From contig NC_092400.1 in NCBI RefSeq assembly GCF_030028105.1, positions 20,274,001 through 20,338,000 of the forward strand: a DNA stretch of 64,000 bases, in the 5' to 3' direction. Every line of letters starts with the position of its first letter. Position 1 is the stretch's first letter. The notes beneath the pieces were generated by a model. That model was given only the letters and a program-made list of their open reading frames with translations. It did not search any database and had not been told where the DNA came from. This document shows positions 51,981 to 64,000 of this stretch, piece after piece. Position numbers and translations under genes: made by a program. Source of the stretch: Mobula birostris. Taxonomy: Eukaryota.

Positions 51981-53466
51981 GGGTACTACACACTGCCGAA
52001 GCGAGAGGTTAAAGATATTTAGTGGATACACCAGCCAGTTGGTCAGCACAGGTCCTCAGCCAGGTACCCCTTCAGGTCCAGATGCTTTCCTTGGATTCAC
52101 CCTCCTGAAGCAAGCCCACGTCAGATGTGAGGATTTGCGATGGTTCCTCCATGATCTGACAGTCAAAGTGAGCATAAAAGGCATTGAGCTCATCTGGAAG
52201 CAAAACCCTGCTGTCCCCCAATTTGCTTGATTTAACTTGGTAGGAGGTTATTGCATTCAAACCCCACTACAGCTGTCGAGCATCCCTCATTGGTTCTAGT
52301 TTGGTCCGGAATCTCCACTTCACCTGTGAAATGGCTTTCCGGAGATCATACTTCCACCTCTTGCAGCATTCTTGATCTCCTGACTTGCCTCCGATTTGGC
52401 CCTCAGCAAATTTCGGATCTTATGGTTCATCCAGAGCTTCTGACTGGGGAAGATGCTGAATGATTTTTTGGGTCACACTCTTCTACAGCTGTTTTAATAG
52501 AGTCTGTTACAACCCTGGTGTCGTTGTGCAGGTCCTCTGATGAATGCTTGAACACGACCCAGTCCAAAGACTCAAGGCAATCCTGTAATTGTTCCTCAGC
52601 CTCCCATGACCAGAGTTGTCCTAATCTCTGGAGCTTTGCTTTTTAGGCTGTCTGTATGCAGGTAGGAGGACAGGGAAGTGATCCGAGTTACCAAAATGTG
52701 GTCTATGCAAGGAATGATAGGCATACCTTACCTTAGTGTAGCAGTGGTATAGTGTGATAGGACCTCCGGTGCTAAGTCTATACGCTGATGATAAATGGGC
52801 AGGGTTTTCTTCAAACAGGCCTGGTTGAAGCCTCCTGAATATAATTTGAAATGCATCGGGGACCGGTGATTTCTTGTCTGCAGTGTCGTGACTGCTTGCT
52901 TATAGTTGGTTGCTGGCGATACATAAACTGTGGTCACAATCACAGAGAAAAACTCTCAAAGCAAATAAAATGGTCTACATTTGATCAATACGAGTTCCAA
53001 GTTGGGGGAACACGAGTTTGACATAATTGCCATGTTGGATCACCAACAAGAACTGATAATAAAACACACGCCACTTCCCTTTGCCTTACCAGAATCTCAA
53101 ATATTGTAAGAGTAGACTAAAGAAGTTGTAGCGTACTTTTTTTTTCTTGAGTGACATCTTTTGAAGCTGTTCACTGTGCTCATGATTCAACAAGTTCCCC
53201 AATTCTCAAAAACCCTCAATAATAACCATTACAATAAAAGTATCAGAAAAGCAAAGCTCAGTCAACATCTTCAAAAGTTGGCATTCTTTAGTGTACTCTA
53301 TTTGAAATCAAAGATCAGTAACCAGGATATTTTGGAATACTTGTATTTCGAAGTGCGAAAAAAACAATTTTCTCAAGAATAAACAAATGCACAAGAGTAA
53401 ATAGAAATGTAATCGGATAAATCTTCATCAAGAAATCAGAATCAATATTAAGAGCTTGAGATTACA

Positions 53467-53472
53467 TTTATT
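53467..53472 (-). terminator. Candidate VPS29 polyadenylation signal
   Basis: tttatt on + strand about 390 nt after the stop codon. Confidence 0.55.
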
Positions 53473-53855
53473 TGTGGAATGGTAGACAAGTACTTTATAT
53501 GGACCAGCAGGGCTTCAAAAAGCAGAAACAAAAAAAAAACAATGGCTAAGAATGTCATGCATATTAATTACATGATCAACTACACCATTTCTGAAAGGAA
53601 ATATTTACAGGATTGAAAACCCTTTCATTCAAGAATGTGGCACCTTTTTCCATCAAGGATCTAAACTATCTTTATATCAGTTTGTTCAATAAAGTTCCTT
53701 TCATATTGCTGGAATAGTTAACAACTAGTTTTAGTGGAAATTAAACATACAATTCACACACATAATACAATTAATTTGATCAAGGTTGAAAAGGGAAATA
53801 AGATTGAAAGGGAAAAGGAGTGAAATTATACATATAAAAAACAGCTGACAAAAAA

Positions 53856-53973
53856 TTAGGACTTCTTGTATTCAATCCGTTCTACTTTTACATCATCAGA
53901 AATCAGCTGGTAAACATAAGTGACTACTGTGGATGCCTGAATGTCCATTAGTACGAATGAAGGGATGATATTT
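53856..53973 (-). CDS. VPS29: VPS29 exon 4 (stop TAA)
   Basis: [38 protein letters not shown]. Confidence 0.97.
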
Positions 53974-56900
53974 CTGGAAAAGAAAACAAATTAGTTAGTC
54001 TCTATACAAACGAATCACCATTTTTCAACTATGGACAGCATGAAAATTAAATGCAAAATTGCTTTACTCAAGTTTTTAGCATCAAACCTCAGTGAAAACT
54101 GGAAATGAATGTTGTGTTCAACTTCATCAAGGCCACTATGAACAAATGAATACTAAGAAAATATTAACTATCTAACTTGGTATCTCATTAAACTATATAA
54201 GATACAAAACTGAAGTTGTCTTTGAGTTAGTTATTAAATGAACAGACCAAATTTCATTCTTGACTATGTCCATTGATATTTCATCTTATCTGTAGTATCT
54301 TCTGAATTTTGAATGAATACACTAATCCATCTACATTTTCAAGGAACAGAATGTAAGATGAAGGAAATTTCCAGTATTTCATAATTGGCTTTATTTATAT
54401 GGCAATTACTGTTATACGTTCATTTTATTAGGTTCTCTTCACTAATGAAATGGGATCCATGTCAATATTGTACATTATTTCATCTTGGAAAATTCCACAG
54501 ATAAATACCTTTGAAATGCCAGAACTAATTAAACACAGCAGCAATGTCCCTCAAGCTTTTCTTCTTCTCAGACAGTCCATAAAATGAGGCAGATATTGAC
54601 TAATGGGGGCAGGCAGGCATGTAGTGTGGCAATTTGCTGCTTCCACAGGGCCTCTGATCTCCTGGCATATGGACTGCTGGGACTCAAATCTATCCCACAT
54701 ATTTTTCCATTTCAAGCACAAAATGGGCCACAGATTCCCAAGGAGGAATAAAAATATTTAGCAGCAGCAGTATAATGCAATACATAACAAAGTAAATCAA
54801 TTACACTAAGTATATATATTAAATAGTTAAATTAAAAATAGTGCAAAAACAGAAATAATACACAAAAAAGTGAGATGGTGTTCAAGGGTTCAATGTCCAT
54901 TTAGGAATCGGATGGCAGAGGGGAAGAAGCTGTTCCTGAATCGCTAATTGTGTGTCTTCAGGCTTCTGTACCTCCTTCCTGATGGTAACAATGAGAAGAG
55001 AGCACGTCCTGGGTGATGGGGGTCCTTAATAATGGACACCGTCTTTCTGGGGCACCACTTCCTGAAGACGTCTTGGATACTATGGAGGCTGGCACCCATG
55101 ATGGAGTTCAGTATTTTTACAATTTTCTGTAGCTTCTTTCGATCCTGTCCATTTGTTGCATTTCTTCAAGGAAACTTTTACTGCCACAGATCTCTTTTTC
55201 CTTTGTCTACTTGGCAATCTTTCCCTAACAGAGCTCAGAATAGACTGTACATTTTTGAGTGTGGTAACATGGCTGCCCAACATAGTTGCCCGGGTATAGC
55301 GAAAGCCTCAGTACCAGTGTTGTCGGCCTGATTTTAGGCTGCTGCTTTCAGTGAATTTGGAAAACTGAGTGCAAGGCCTATCCTCTCACAGTTCAGTGAA
55401 AAGTGATGATGACCTAGATAACTCATTGTTGCAGCAATAGCCATTTCTGCCAGTCTTTTGTAATTTTTGACTCAGATTTCTTTTATTAATATCATTTGGC
55501 TTGCTGCAACTACCAAATTAACCCATTTAGAGTCATTGTATGAAATATTCCCTTTCTTCTACCCATTCCCATCTCCACCTTCTCTACAACTGAAAACCAA
55601 CAGCTTTCTCTTGTTCCCAGTTTAGATGAGGGGGGTCTCAGATCAGTTTTGTTTCATCCCCCACACATGCTACCTTATCCGCTGAGCGTTTCAACATTTT
55701 CTGTTTTTAATTCCAAGTTTCTGGCATCTTTTTTTTGAGATTTTCTTGATACTTTCGGATGTCCACTTGAATCAGAGGATTTGCAAATCCATTTGTAAAC
55801 TTTCAAAAGGTGTGCTAACTGAGCAATGTCAACATAGGTTGTTTGAATTAAAGCTTCAGTTACCAGACATTAGAAAGTCTAATGACACAGAAGAATGCAA
55901 ATCTACAGTATATGAATGGTATTCATGTTTGACTAAATTGTACCTAGTAATATTAAACTGCAAGCTAGAATGGTGACTGCTTCCTTGTGGATGGGGTACT
56001 TGGAATTATCATTTTTCCTCAACTGTAGCCAAGAGCAAGATTCTTCCTTTATATGGGGAACTGATCATCTTAACACCCCCAACCCCTCCCAGAATAAACC
56101 ATGACTTTATTTAAAATTTTCACACAGCAGTAGCTAGGAAATATTATGGATAACTTATTTTCATATCATTTATTTTATCCTATATCCAAATGTACTTACC
56201 CTTCCAGTGCGTTACCGGCACCTGTGGCTGAACCTGGATTGATATAGAACTTGCTCTCTTGTTCAAAGGCCTCAAACTTGTGCGTGTGTCCAGATATGAG
56301 GATATCTACATCTAGCTGCCGTTGCAGTAGAGCCAGACTAGTCATGTCTCCCCAGGGAATCACCTGGTGACCATGGATCAATCCAATTTTGAATTGCCCC
56401 ACTGTTACCACCTTCTGCTCTGGATAATTCAAATTCTGAAATGAAGACAACAGTAAGTGTTTACCTGACAATCATCCTTAAATGTGAAAAGATGAATGCC
56501 AATACACACAACGTCATAATCCAGTTCTTCATCTCATTTACTTATCATGATGGAAAACTCACCAAAGAAAATGATACAAAGGATAGAAAAAGAAGAGATG
56601 ATTTACTCTTTCTTGTTCTCCTCTGGATATGAACACAAACTTATTGAGAAAAATTGCAAACTCAAATATGCATGTACTATTTTGACATGTTATTCATTGC
56701 TATCTGCTTTATGATTATTAGGCAAAGAGCATGGAAAAAATGCCCAGTTCTTTTACAACCTCATTATTTTCTTTAGCCAGCTGATTGTACATACCCAACA
56801 GAGAGTTCAAAGGAAAATAATATGAAACAATTTTAACATGCCCCTAAAACTGCTTATAAATCGGTAAGTTATAATACTGTATGGAGTGTCCAGCAAGGGG

Positions 56901-59900
56901 TAGCCTCTCTGGTGAAAGGGTTTTCGTGTCCTCCTTGGGACAGCTCACCCACCCTTGGTCCTCACCAAACACTCACCACCTGTTGCTCCAAGTAACTATT
57001 TGCATGTGACAGTGGCCACACCCTTGTACACTGCTTGGACAGGTTAAACCTAGGTAGGGTGGTCTGTTTGCCTCAAATGCTGGTGAGATAGTGAGATAAG
57101 GATATGCCTACCCTGGTATGTGAATTCAGTTTCAGTGGACTGGGCAGATGAGATTAACAGTGAGATCCAACAGCCAGGAAGGCAGTTCTGCAGCGCTCCG
57201 TGGAGAGCGAAGGGTGTGCGAGATACCGAAGACTTCATGGCCATCCATTGCAAACAGAGAAGTCTCCAGTTCTGACGATAACTCGTACCACCAGAATAGG
57301 TTGAGAGAGTGAAACTAACCCAGTGCAACGGCCTTTTCATTTTAAAAGCTTTCCCGCACAGATTCCTATCATCATTGTTGAAATCAACGGATAACCAACA
57401 TATAATACTGCAGATCTTTCCATAACGATGAGATGAGTTGTGTACTTGATAAATGTAACTTGTTAACAGCCTCTATTTATAATTTGGATATTTTGCAGGA
57501 ACAATATCTGGCAGAAAAAAAGGGTATTCCATGCACTTGCACCATCCACCTGATATTAAAAAAAAGTTAGTACCGTGTTGATTTGAAAATCTTTTGTCTA
57601 GTATGATACTTATCCAGAACACTAATCCCAACAGGATCAGTGTGCAATTAGAAAACTAACATTTGAATGATATTTTAAGTACGGATTCTACAAGTTTGGT
57701 CATCGTGTTTTAGTCACAGACCGATGAAACAATTTACTAGAATCTTGCAAGGTGAAGCAATATTTTCAGGAAACAGTATACCGTATTGCACAAGGAAATT
57801 AATTAAAAACGAGAATTATTCATTGCGTATCTATTCTGTCTGAGTGCATGAATGTCAATTAAAATATAAATTGCCTACAGTTTGGATATTCCAGCCTTTC
57901 ATGGGAAAACTAGTAGTTTGGTAGAGAAAACTGGGATCTTGCAATGTTCTATGATATCAGGCAAAGCAGCAGCAATAATGAAAATTAGCCTTGCTAGGTA
58001 ACACATCTGTTCTACATTACAGTCAGCTGTGTTGGTTGTCCCAAGTTTCCAACGGCTGCAGAGTAGCAATTTGCTGTAATCCAGCTTCTGATCTCCCACA
58101 GACAACTCAAAGGTTAAATATTGCAACTCTGCAATACCAAAGTTAGCATATACCCACTAAACAGGAGGAGTGAAGTAGACTGAATTTAATTTATACACAG
58201 AAACCTAAATTAAGATTGGGAAGGAGGAATAGGAATTTCTGTATGTGAAAATGACGGATTGATACAGGAGTTGTAATTTTTTAAATATTTCCAATACCAA
58301 CTTCTGAAAAAATGAAATGAAAAATATTTTTCCACAACTAGTGAAATGTTTTGCAGTTTTATTTTTTACCAGTAAAATATCTAAGCTTAAATGTATCAAT
58401 CTTATTTCTGGCATAGCATGTATGCCAATTAATCCTACAACTTCCTGGCGTTATATTTAAATCTATGTGTGTAGATACTACAATATTATGTAATAAGGTT
58501 TACTATTGTTATAAATCCAAATCTTAGGGCAACGAGGAAAATCCAAAGCAAACAACCACTGATCATGTTAGCATGGTCCTAAACAGAATGGAGTGTTCTT
58601 AATAGTGGAACATCTTAACCATACAATTGGCAGAGATAAAACTGAAAAAGTTTTGAGAATAAATTTAGAGGGGGAAAAAAGTTGGTAAATCTCATGTGAG
58701 CAAAGGATATTGGGAATGGTGAAGGTGGAGTGTTGTGGGGGGGGGGGGTATGCGACAGGTGGCAGAGGAGTGCCAGGGTGGGGGGTGGTGCACGCGCAGG
58801 CACACCCAGCCCTGAAACACCAGGAAAGGTCATTTGATTTCAAACAATTGGTTTATTGACCATTACGTATGCATGTGCTTAAGAATTTTATCATAGTACT
58901 GTATGTCTAAGTGAGCTGATCTTTGTAACTAGAACTTGTTCATGAAAATATCACTGAAAAACATGCAGAAATGCTAAGATCTTTACTCGTAAGGGTGAAG
59001 GATATACTGTCATAATTCTGAGGTCAAATACCCATTTTACAAACTACTGAGAGAAAAGAAAAAGTTCCGTGATATACCAACAAAGAATCATTGTTTGAAG
59101 GGAGACTGACGGCATGAAAATAATTGTTTTACAAACATGATGCCATTATTTTCTTTCCCATTAATTGTTCAGAGATGATGAATTTCTATAGCAGCCAAAA
59201 ACTGTGACATTTAGCATATCCCTTACCTCATCAAAGTCTCCTCTGACAATGTGGACATCTCCAGCCAGTGTTTTAAGATAATCATAGCTCTCTTTGGTGC
59301 AAAGATTTCCTGTGCACAAAATATGCTGGATTTTACCAGGTACCAACAACTTCTTGAACTTGGCTGGCAAAGTGTTACAGCGGTGAGGAATGTGAAGGTC
59401 TCCCAATACCAGCACCAACTGTAGGAAAAGTGAAAAACAAGAAGTTTTTATAAACTCTTCTAAACATGCATATTAGCAAATAGAACAGGTCAGTACATTA
59501 CAGAAGGCCCTGTGGCCCATGATGTCTTTGATGCCGATTTAAAGTGCACAACTGCCTGCATGTTGACTGTATCCCTGCCTGTTCATGTGTCTGTCTAAAT
59601 GCCTCTTCAAACATTATATATGATTTTATTGTAAGGTTTTAATAGTAAAATAACTATAATGAACATAATATATTGCTTCACGATGTAATTCAAAATCTAA
59701 TTCCTGCCACAAATGAATAAATCACAGTGCTTACAAGGCTGCTCTTGGCAATGATTGATATCAAGTCTTTCTCATCACCTTGAATTCAAGGGTAATAGTA
59801 GAAAGAGTTCACTCTCAATAATCAGTTCCTGGTTAAGAAAGACATGCTTGGAGAAATACACAGTGGATCCTGCATACACTAGGTTAGGAAGTCAATTTTT

Positions 59901-62900
59901 GATGCTAAAACTTTTAGTTGTTTATATTTCACATCACCATCAGGATCAGGATTTTCCTCATGAATTTTGTATGACACTTACTTGATCAACTCATGGATAT
60001 GCAGTTAACAGTCCAAAGTAGCGTTTAAGCCGTTTACTCTTTTCCAGGTCCACAAAGTTCACTTTCCAGTTTCAGCATACCGTAAAAGGTCTTTAACATT
60101 TTCTTCATCAGACAATTGCACCCCATAAACTTACAGTGAGAGCATTTAAAGTTGCCGTCAGGCTGAAGAACTTCAACACCAAGAATCTTGATTTGACAAA
60201 CAGCATAGTTGAAATTGGTTGCTTCTTAATAGGACAAGCATTATCCAATTTTCTTTTTTTTTGTTAGCATTTTTCTTTTTTTAAATTTTATTTTTATTTG
60301 GATAAGGAATTCACAAGTATCATGTACTTTTTTCACACGTATAACCTTTTCCATTTTTTTATATGTATAAAACAATAATTATTTATACATTCTTAAGTAC
60401 ACATTGAGATGATATAAAAGGAAATTAGACACTTAAATAGATAATTATGTACAGTGGTAATTCTAATCTATTAGGCTAAGTAATGGTATTAGTTGTTAAG
60501 AAAAATAGTAATAATAGTTTCCATATATCTCTTCTGGACCACTGCTACTGGTCCAAAATGTTGTATGTAAACCTATGTAACAACCATTGTAGGTGTTTAT
60601 ATCCTAACTTGTTCATGCTTGCTCCTGCCCCCAGACATAATTATCCAATCCCTATGTACTTATTTACTTAATTTTATCATTTTTATCCCTTTCCCAAATC
60701 TTTTCCTTTACTTGTATTAATTCTCTATTTTCCAAAAGAAAACAAAAACAGTAAACATTTAGACTAGGGGTGCTTATGTTAGCAATATTACTGTGTTGAT
60801 GAGAAGAGCAGCATAAATCATTAGGAGAGTCATCTAAAGTCTGCTCGCATTGGGGTTATATATTCAATCCATTTATTCCAGATTTGATAAAATTTTTCTT
60901 TTTGAATTCTCAGGGAGTAAGTCAACTTTTCCATTTTAAATATTTCCAAGATAATTTTGTGCCAATCTTCTAATGTAGGTGGTATTGGATTTAGCCACTT
61001 TCTAGTGATTGACTTCTTACTTGCCGCTAAGAGGGCCTGCAGCAACTTTATATCTTCCTTCTGTTCAAGAAACAATACATGCCCCAAATAGAGCGTCTCA
61101 AAGTTCAGAGGTATCTGGAACCTAAGTACCTTAACTAATGCTCTATGAATACCTTCCCAAAATAGACTTAATTTAGGGCAATCCCAGAAAATATGAAAAT
61201 GATTTGCCTCCTTGGAGCCGCACCTTCTCCAACACATCACATTTGTATCTTTATATTTTTCCTGATATGGGGTCTTGAAGTATCTTATAATATTTTTCCA
61301 ACAATGTTCTCTCCAAATCAAAGAATTAGTTGAGGACCACTGAAAGCTGCATATTTTCCCCCAAGCCTCCTCTGAAAGTACCAACCCCGCTTCTTTCTCC
61401 CACTTCTCTTTAATATACAATGTGTTTACATTTTTAGCATGGGAGAGTGCATTATATAATCGAGAAACTGATTTACTAGGTATTGAACTGCAAGCCGAAT
61501 TCAGAATCTTGAAAAATTCTAATTCTACTGTTGATAGGTCTGTATATCTACAACTCTGGTTAACATAGTTTCATACTTGAAGGTACCTAAAAAAGTCATT
61601 GTGTTCTAGGCCATGTTTGTCCTGCAGGATTTGGAAACTTTGTAATACTCTTTTATCTATAAATGAGAGGTAGGTTGTAAGACCTTTCTTTATCCATAGT
61701 TCAAATCTTTTATCTCCTCTGTTGGGAAGGAATTCGGTATCACAAGCACACCATCTGAAGAGTTTTAACATGTTATTAATTCCACACGAATTAACCACCT
61801 GCATTATCCAATTTTCACAACTGAAAATGCAGGACTGCCCAATAAACAAAGCATCTTTTTGTACACTGAGCAGTTTCAACTTCATCTGTGGATTGATAAC
61901 ACTCCTTTTCAGTGTGTCAAGTGCTAAGAATGTTTTTGCATCGATATGGACCTCTCTGGACATTTAACTACCCAGAAAGGGCACATGTCCATAGTCTAAA
62001 ACACATAATCCCTGATGACAACTAGTGGAGCTGGACAGGCTGAAAGATTACTGCCATCCTTCTAAAATCAATTATCATGCTAACTTTCAGGAAAGTAATT
62101 GCATGATGGCTTACGATTGACGTCAAATCATCTTGGATGTGGTCCAAAAGAATAAAAATAAGAGTTCACCAAGTTCATTCAATACCTTCATTTTACATGC
62201 TAGACCAAGACTGAACAGCCAGTTTTGAATATGATCTTAACTCCCATTTCAAGATCATTAAAAAACCTCTGAAAAACACACATAAAATCCAAAAGAATAT
62301 CTACACAAGATTATTCAGTAAAACTGTCCCTATAAGTAGTCATTTTACCTATAACTAGTCCCAATATTGACTGATTAATTAACATTATTTGAGATATAGC
62401 TCTGATGGGTCCACAATCTAACTCCAGAAATAACACTAATCACACCAAAAACATCTGATAGCTAATGGATGCATCTTCCTTGACTGGTATTGGAAAACAT
62501 GGCAGAAATATTTATGTACATAAAGATATTAAATTCAATTTACTAACATTAATTATTCCCAAAAAATGCAATTTAGCAAAATCACATTTAAATACCACTA
62601 TGTAAAAGATTTTTAAAATAATGAAATAAACATTGCTGATAATAAGGCCATAAAGATACAAGAGCAGAATTAGGCCATTTGGCCTATCAAATCTGCTCCA
62701 GCATTTCATCATGGCTAATCCAATTTTCCTCTCAGCCCCAATCTCCTGCCTTCTTCCCGTATCCCTTCATGCTCTGACCAATCAAGAATCTATCAATCTC
62801 TGCCTTCAGTATACCTACAGACTTTGCCTCCACAGTTGTCTGTAGCAATGAATTCCATAGATTTACCACTCTCTGGCTAGACAAATTCCTCCTCATCCCC

Positions 62901-63881
62901 CTTCTAAAAGGATACCCCTCTGTTCACAGCCTCTATTCTGAGGCCGTGTCCTCTGGTCTTAGACTCTCCCACCATAAGAAACATCCTCTTCACATCCACA
63001 ATATCAAGTCCTTTCACCATCCGATAGGTTTCAATCAACAACACCAACTATTAACAAGGTAACTACAGTAGTGTCAACATGAAACCAATAATACCTTACG
63101 TATGGGGTGTTAAATTAAATTCCCCTGACCTTGTAATAGCTCTGTTTACACGTGTAACTTTCAATTATTTAGCAATTAATTTTAAGCAGACAGGAAAGCT
63201 TACTTCCCCCAAAGCATTACGGAGGGGGTTAAGAGGCCTACAATGATACTTCATTTTACTTCCTGCAGCATAAAAAGGCATATTCTACAAGGTTTCAAGC
63301 CTTAACCTTTTTTATGCCATGGACCAACATTTAAGCAAGGGGTCTGCGGACCCCACGTTGGGAGCCCCAGTTTTAAGTCAGGTCAAACTACGGAATATGT
63401 TCCGCTTAAACGGTAAACAAAACAATTAAACATTTTAAATTGGTCATACTTTAATGGATATTCCTGATTAATAAAATAGCATGACAATTCAATTATTTTT
63501 TCCAACACCGAAGACATACAGTCGTTTAATAAAATCGCATTATCAGGGACTGACTATTGCACAGATCATTCATAGAACATAGGAAGAAGGGGAGGCACCC
63601 GGGCTGTCGCTGCTGGATGGTACCACCGCCACTTGCCTGTACAGCCCCTACCCCCGAGCAGAGGCTCGTCTAGTCCAGCTGACAGGCATCATGTGACTGC
63701 CCCAAACTCACTTGCAGGCCCTAGACACCAACCACCGCCCCTGGACAATTTCAAACTCTCTGCTCCAACATTAGGCACGTTAAAAGATCCAACGCGTTGT
63801 TGTTTATCAAGACAACCAGACAAAAGAAAAACAAACGACAGCACTGCAACGCGCGGCTCCCGAGCTCCGTAAACTCACCAT
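53856..63881 (-). CDS. VPS29: Vacuolar protein sorting-associated protein 29 (retromer/retriever subunit), 4 coding exons, 182 aa: join complement(63879-63881,59227-59418,56200-56435,53856-53973)
   Basis: [15 protein letters not shown]...GHTH...INPGSATG...[19 protein letters not shown]...ERIEYKKS*; GT-AG introns; 549 nt. Confidence 0.97.
54760..55155 (-). mobile_element. Rex1-like LINE 3' fragment
   Basis: close relative of the 39545-40275 copy. Confidence 0.8.
56200..56435 (-). CDS. VPS29: VPS29 exon 3
   Basis: [30 protein letters not shown]...[14 protein letters not shown]. Confidence 0.98.
56885..57400. repeat. Probable interspersed repeat (RTE-like non-autonomous?)
   Basis: GC-richer block in an AT-rich intron; family assignment uncertain. 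Confidence 0.35.
59227..59418 (-). CDS. VPS29: VPS29 exon 2
   Basis: [64 protein letters not shown]. Confidence 0.98.
60254..61800 (-). mobile_element. L1-clade LINE, 5'-truncated and young; 16-bp perfect TSD
   Basis: ORF2 C-terminus with CWRRCG..A..FHIFWDC knuckle; poly(A) tail; TSD gcattatccaattttc 60238-60253 / 61801-61816; single in-frame TGA at 61571-61573. Confidence 0.92.
62645..63035 (-). mobile_element. CR1 3' fragment
   Basis: same family as 38235-38615. Confidence 0.85.
63879..63881 (-). CDS. VPS29: VPS29 exon 1 (ATG only)
   Basis: aaaATG|gtgagt within a CpG-rich region. Confidence 0.88.
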
Positions 63882-64000
63882 TTTCCAAGCGTAAGGACGA
63901 AGACCAGCTTCTGAATGAACAAACGCAACACCTAGTGCAGGGGCAACCAATCAAATTGCAGATTAGGAACCGGTCCCGACGGCGCTGCCAACAGGACAAT
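63882..64000 (-). promoter_or_regulatory. VPS29 5'UTR/promoter (partial)
   Basis: CpG-rich; CCAAT box near 63947. Confidence 0.65.

Larger units (their letters stand above)
50695..53100 (-). mobile_element. Degenerate Rex1-like LINE (endonuclease to 3'UTR) with two nested PLE insertions
   Basis: TVYVSP / GGFNQACL endonuclease remnants; LPDELNAFYAHF and LDPLQ RT remnants; 3'UTR at 50695-51040. Confidence 0.82.

Noticed and set aside
59419-63878. 12-nt AGHR micro-exon known from mammalian VPS29 isoform b
   Set aside because: No matching exon found by eye; absence cannot be asserted without RNA-seq
1-64000. CRISPR arrays or prokaryotic-type systems
   Set aside because: Eukaryotic spliced genes; no regularly spaced repeat-spacer array seen

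Overview
Vertebrate genomic DNA, most likely a cartilaginous fish (ray/shark), inferred from the repeat content: HE1-like V-SINEs, CR1, Rex1/Babar and Penelope elements. The window carries the conserved gene block ARPC3(-), GPN3(-), FAM216A(+), VPS29(-), in the same order and orientation as human 12q24.11. I reconstructed complete GT-AG spliced models by eye for ARPC3 (7 exons, 178 aa), GPN3 (8 exons, 286 aa) and VPS29 (4 exons, 182 aa). FAM216A has three well-supported internal exons, but its first and last exons are uncertain. Introns and intergenic DNA are dense in transposon remnants: Rex1-like, CR1, L1, I/Nimb, RTE, Penelope-like (PLE), Tc1, hAT and SINEs. The most notable observations are: (1) a family of PLE-derived insertions carrying minimal hammerhead ribozyme motifs, with one intact copy at 51360-51395; (2) tiny fold-back PLE insertions with 11-12 bp target-site duplications (TSDs); (3) a young RNase H-bearing I-clade LINE inserted in the ARPC3 promoter; (4) a 118-bp templated local duplication; (5) an internally deleted 243-bp L1. 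Repeat family names come from motif recognition, not database searches.
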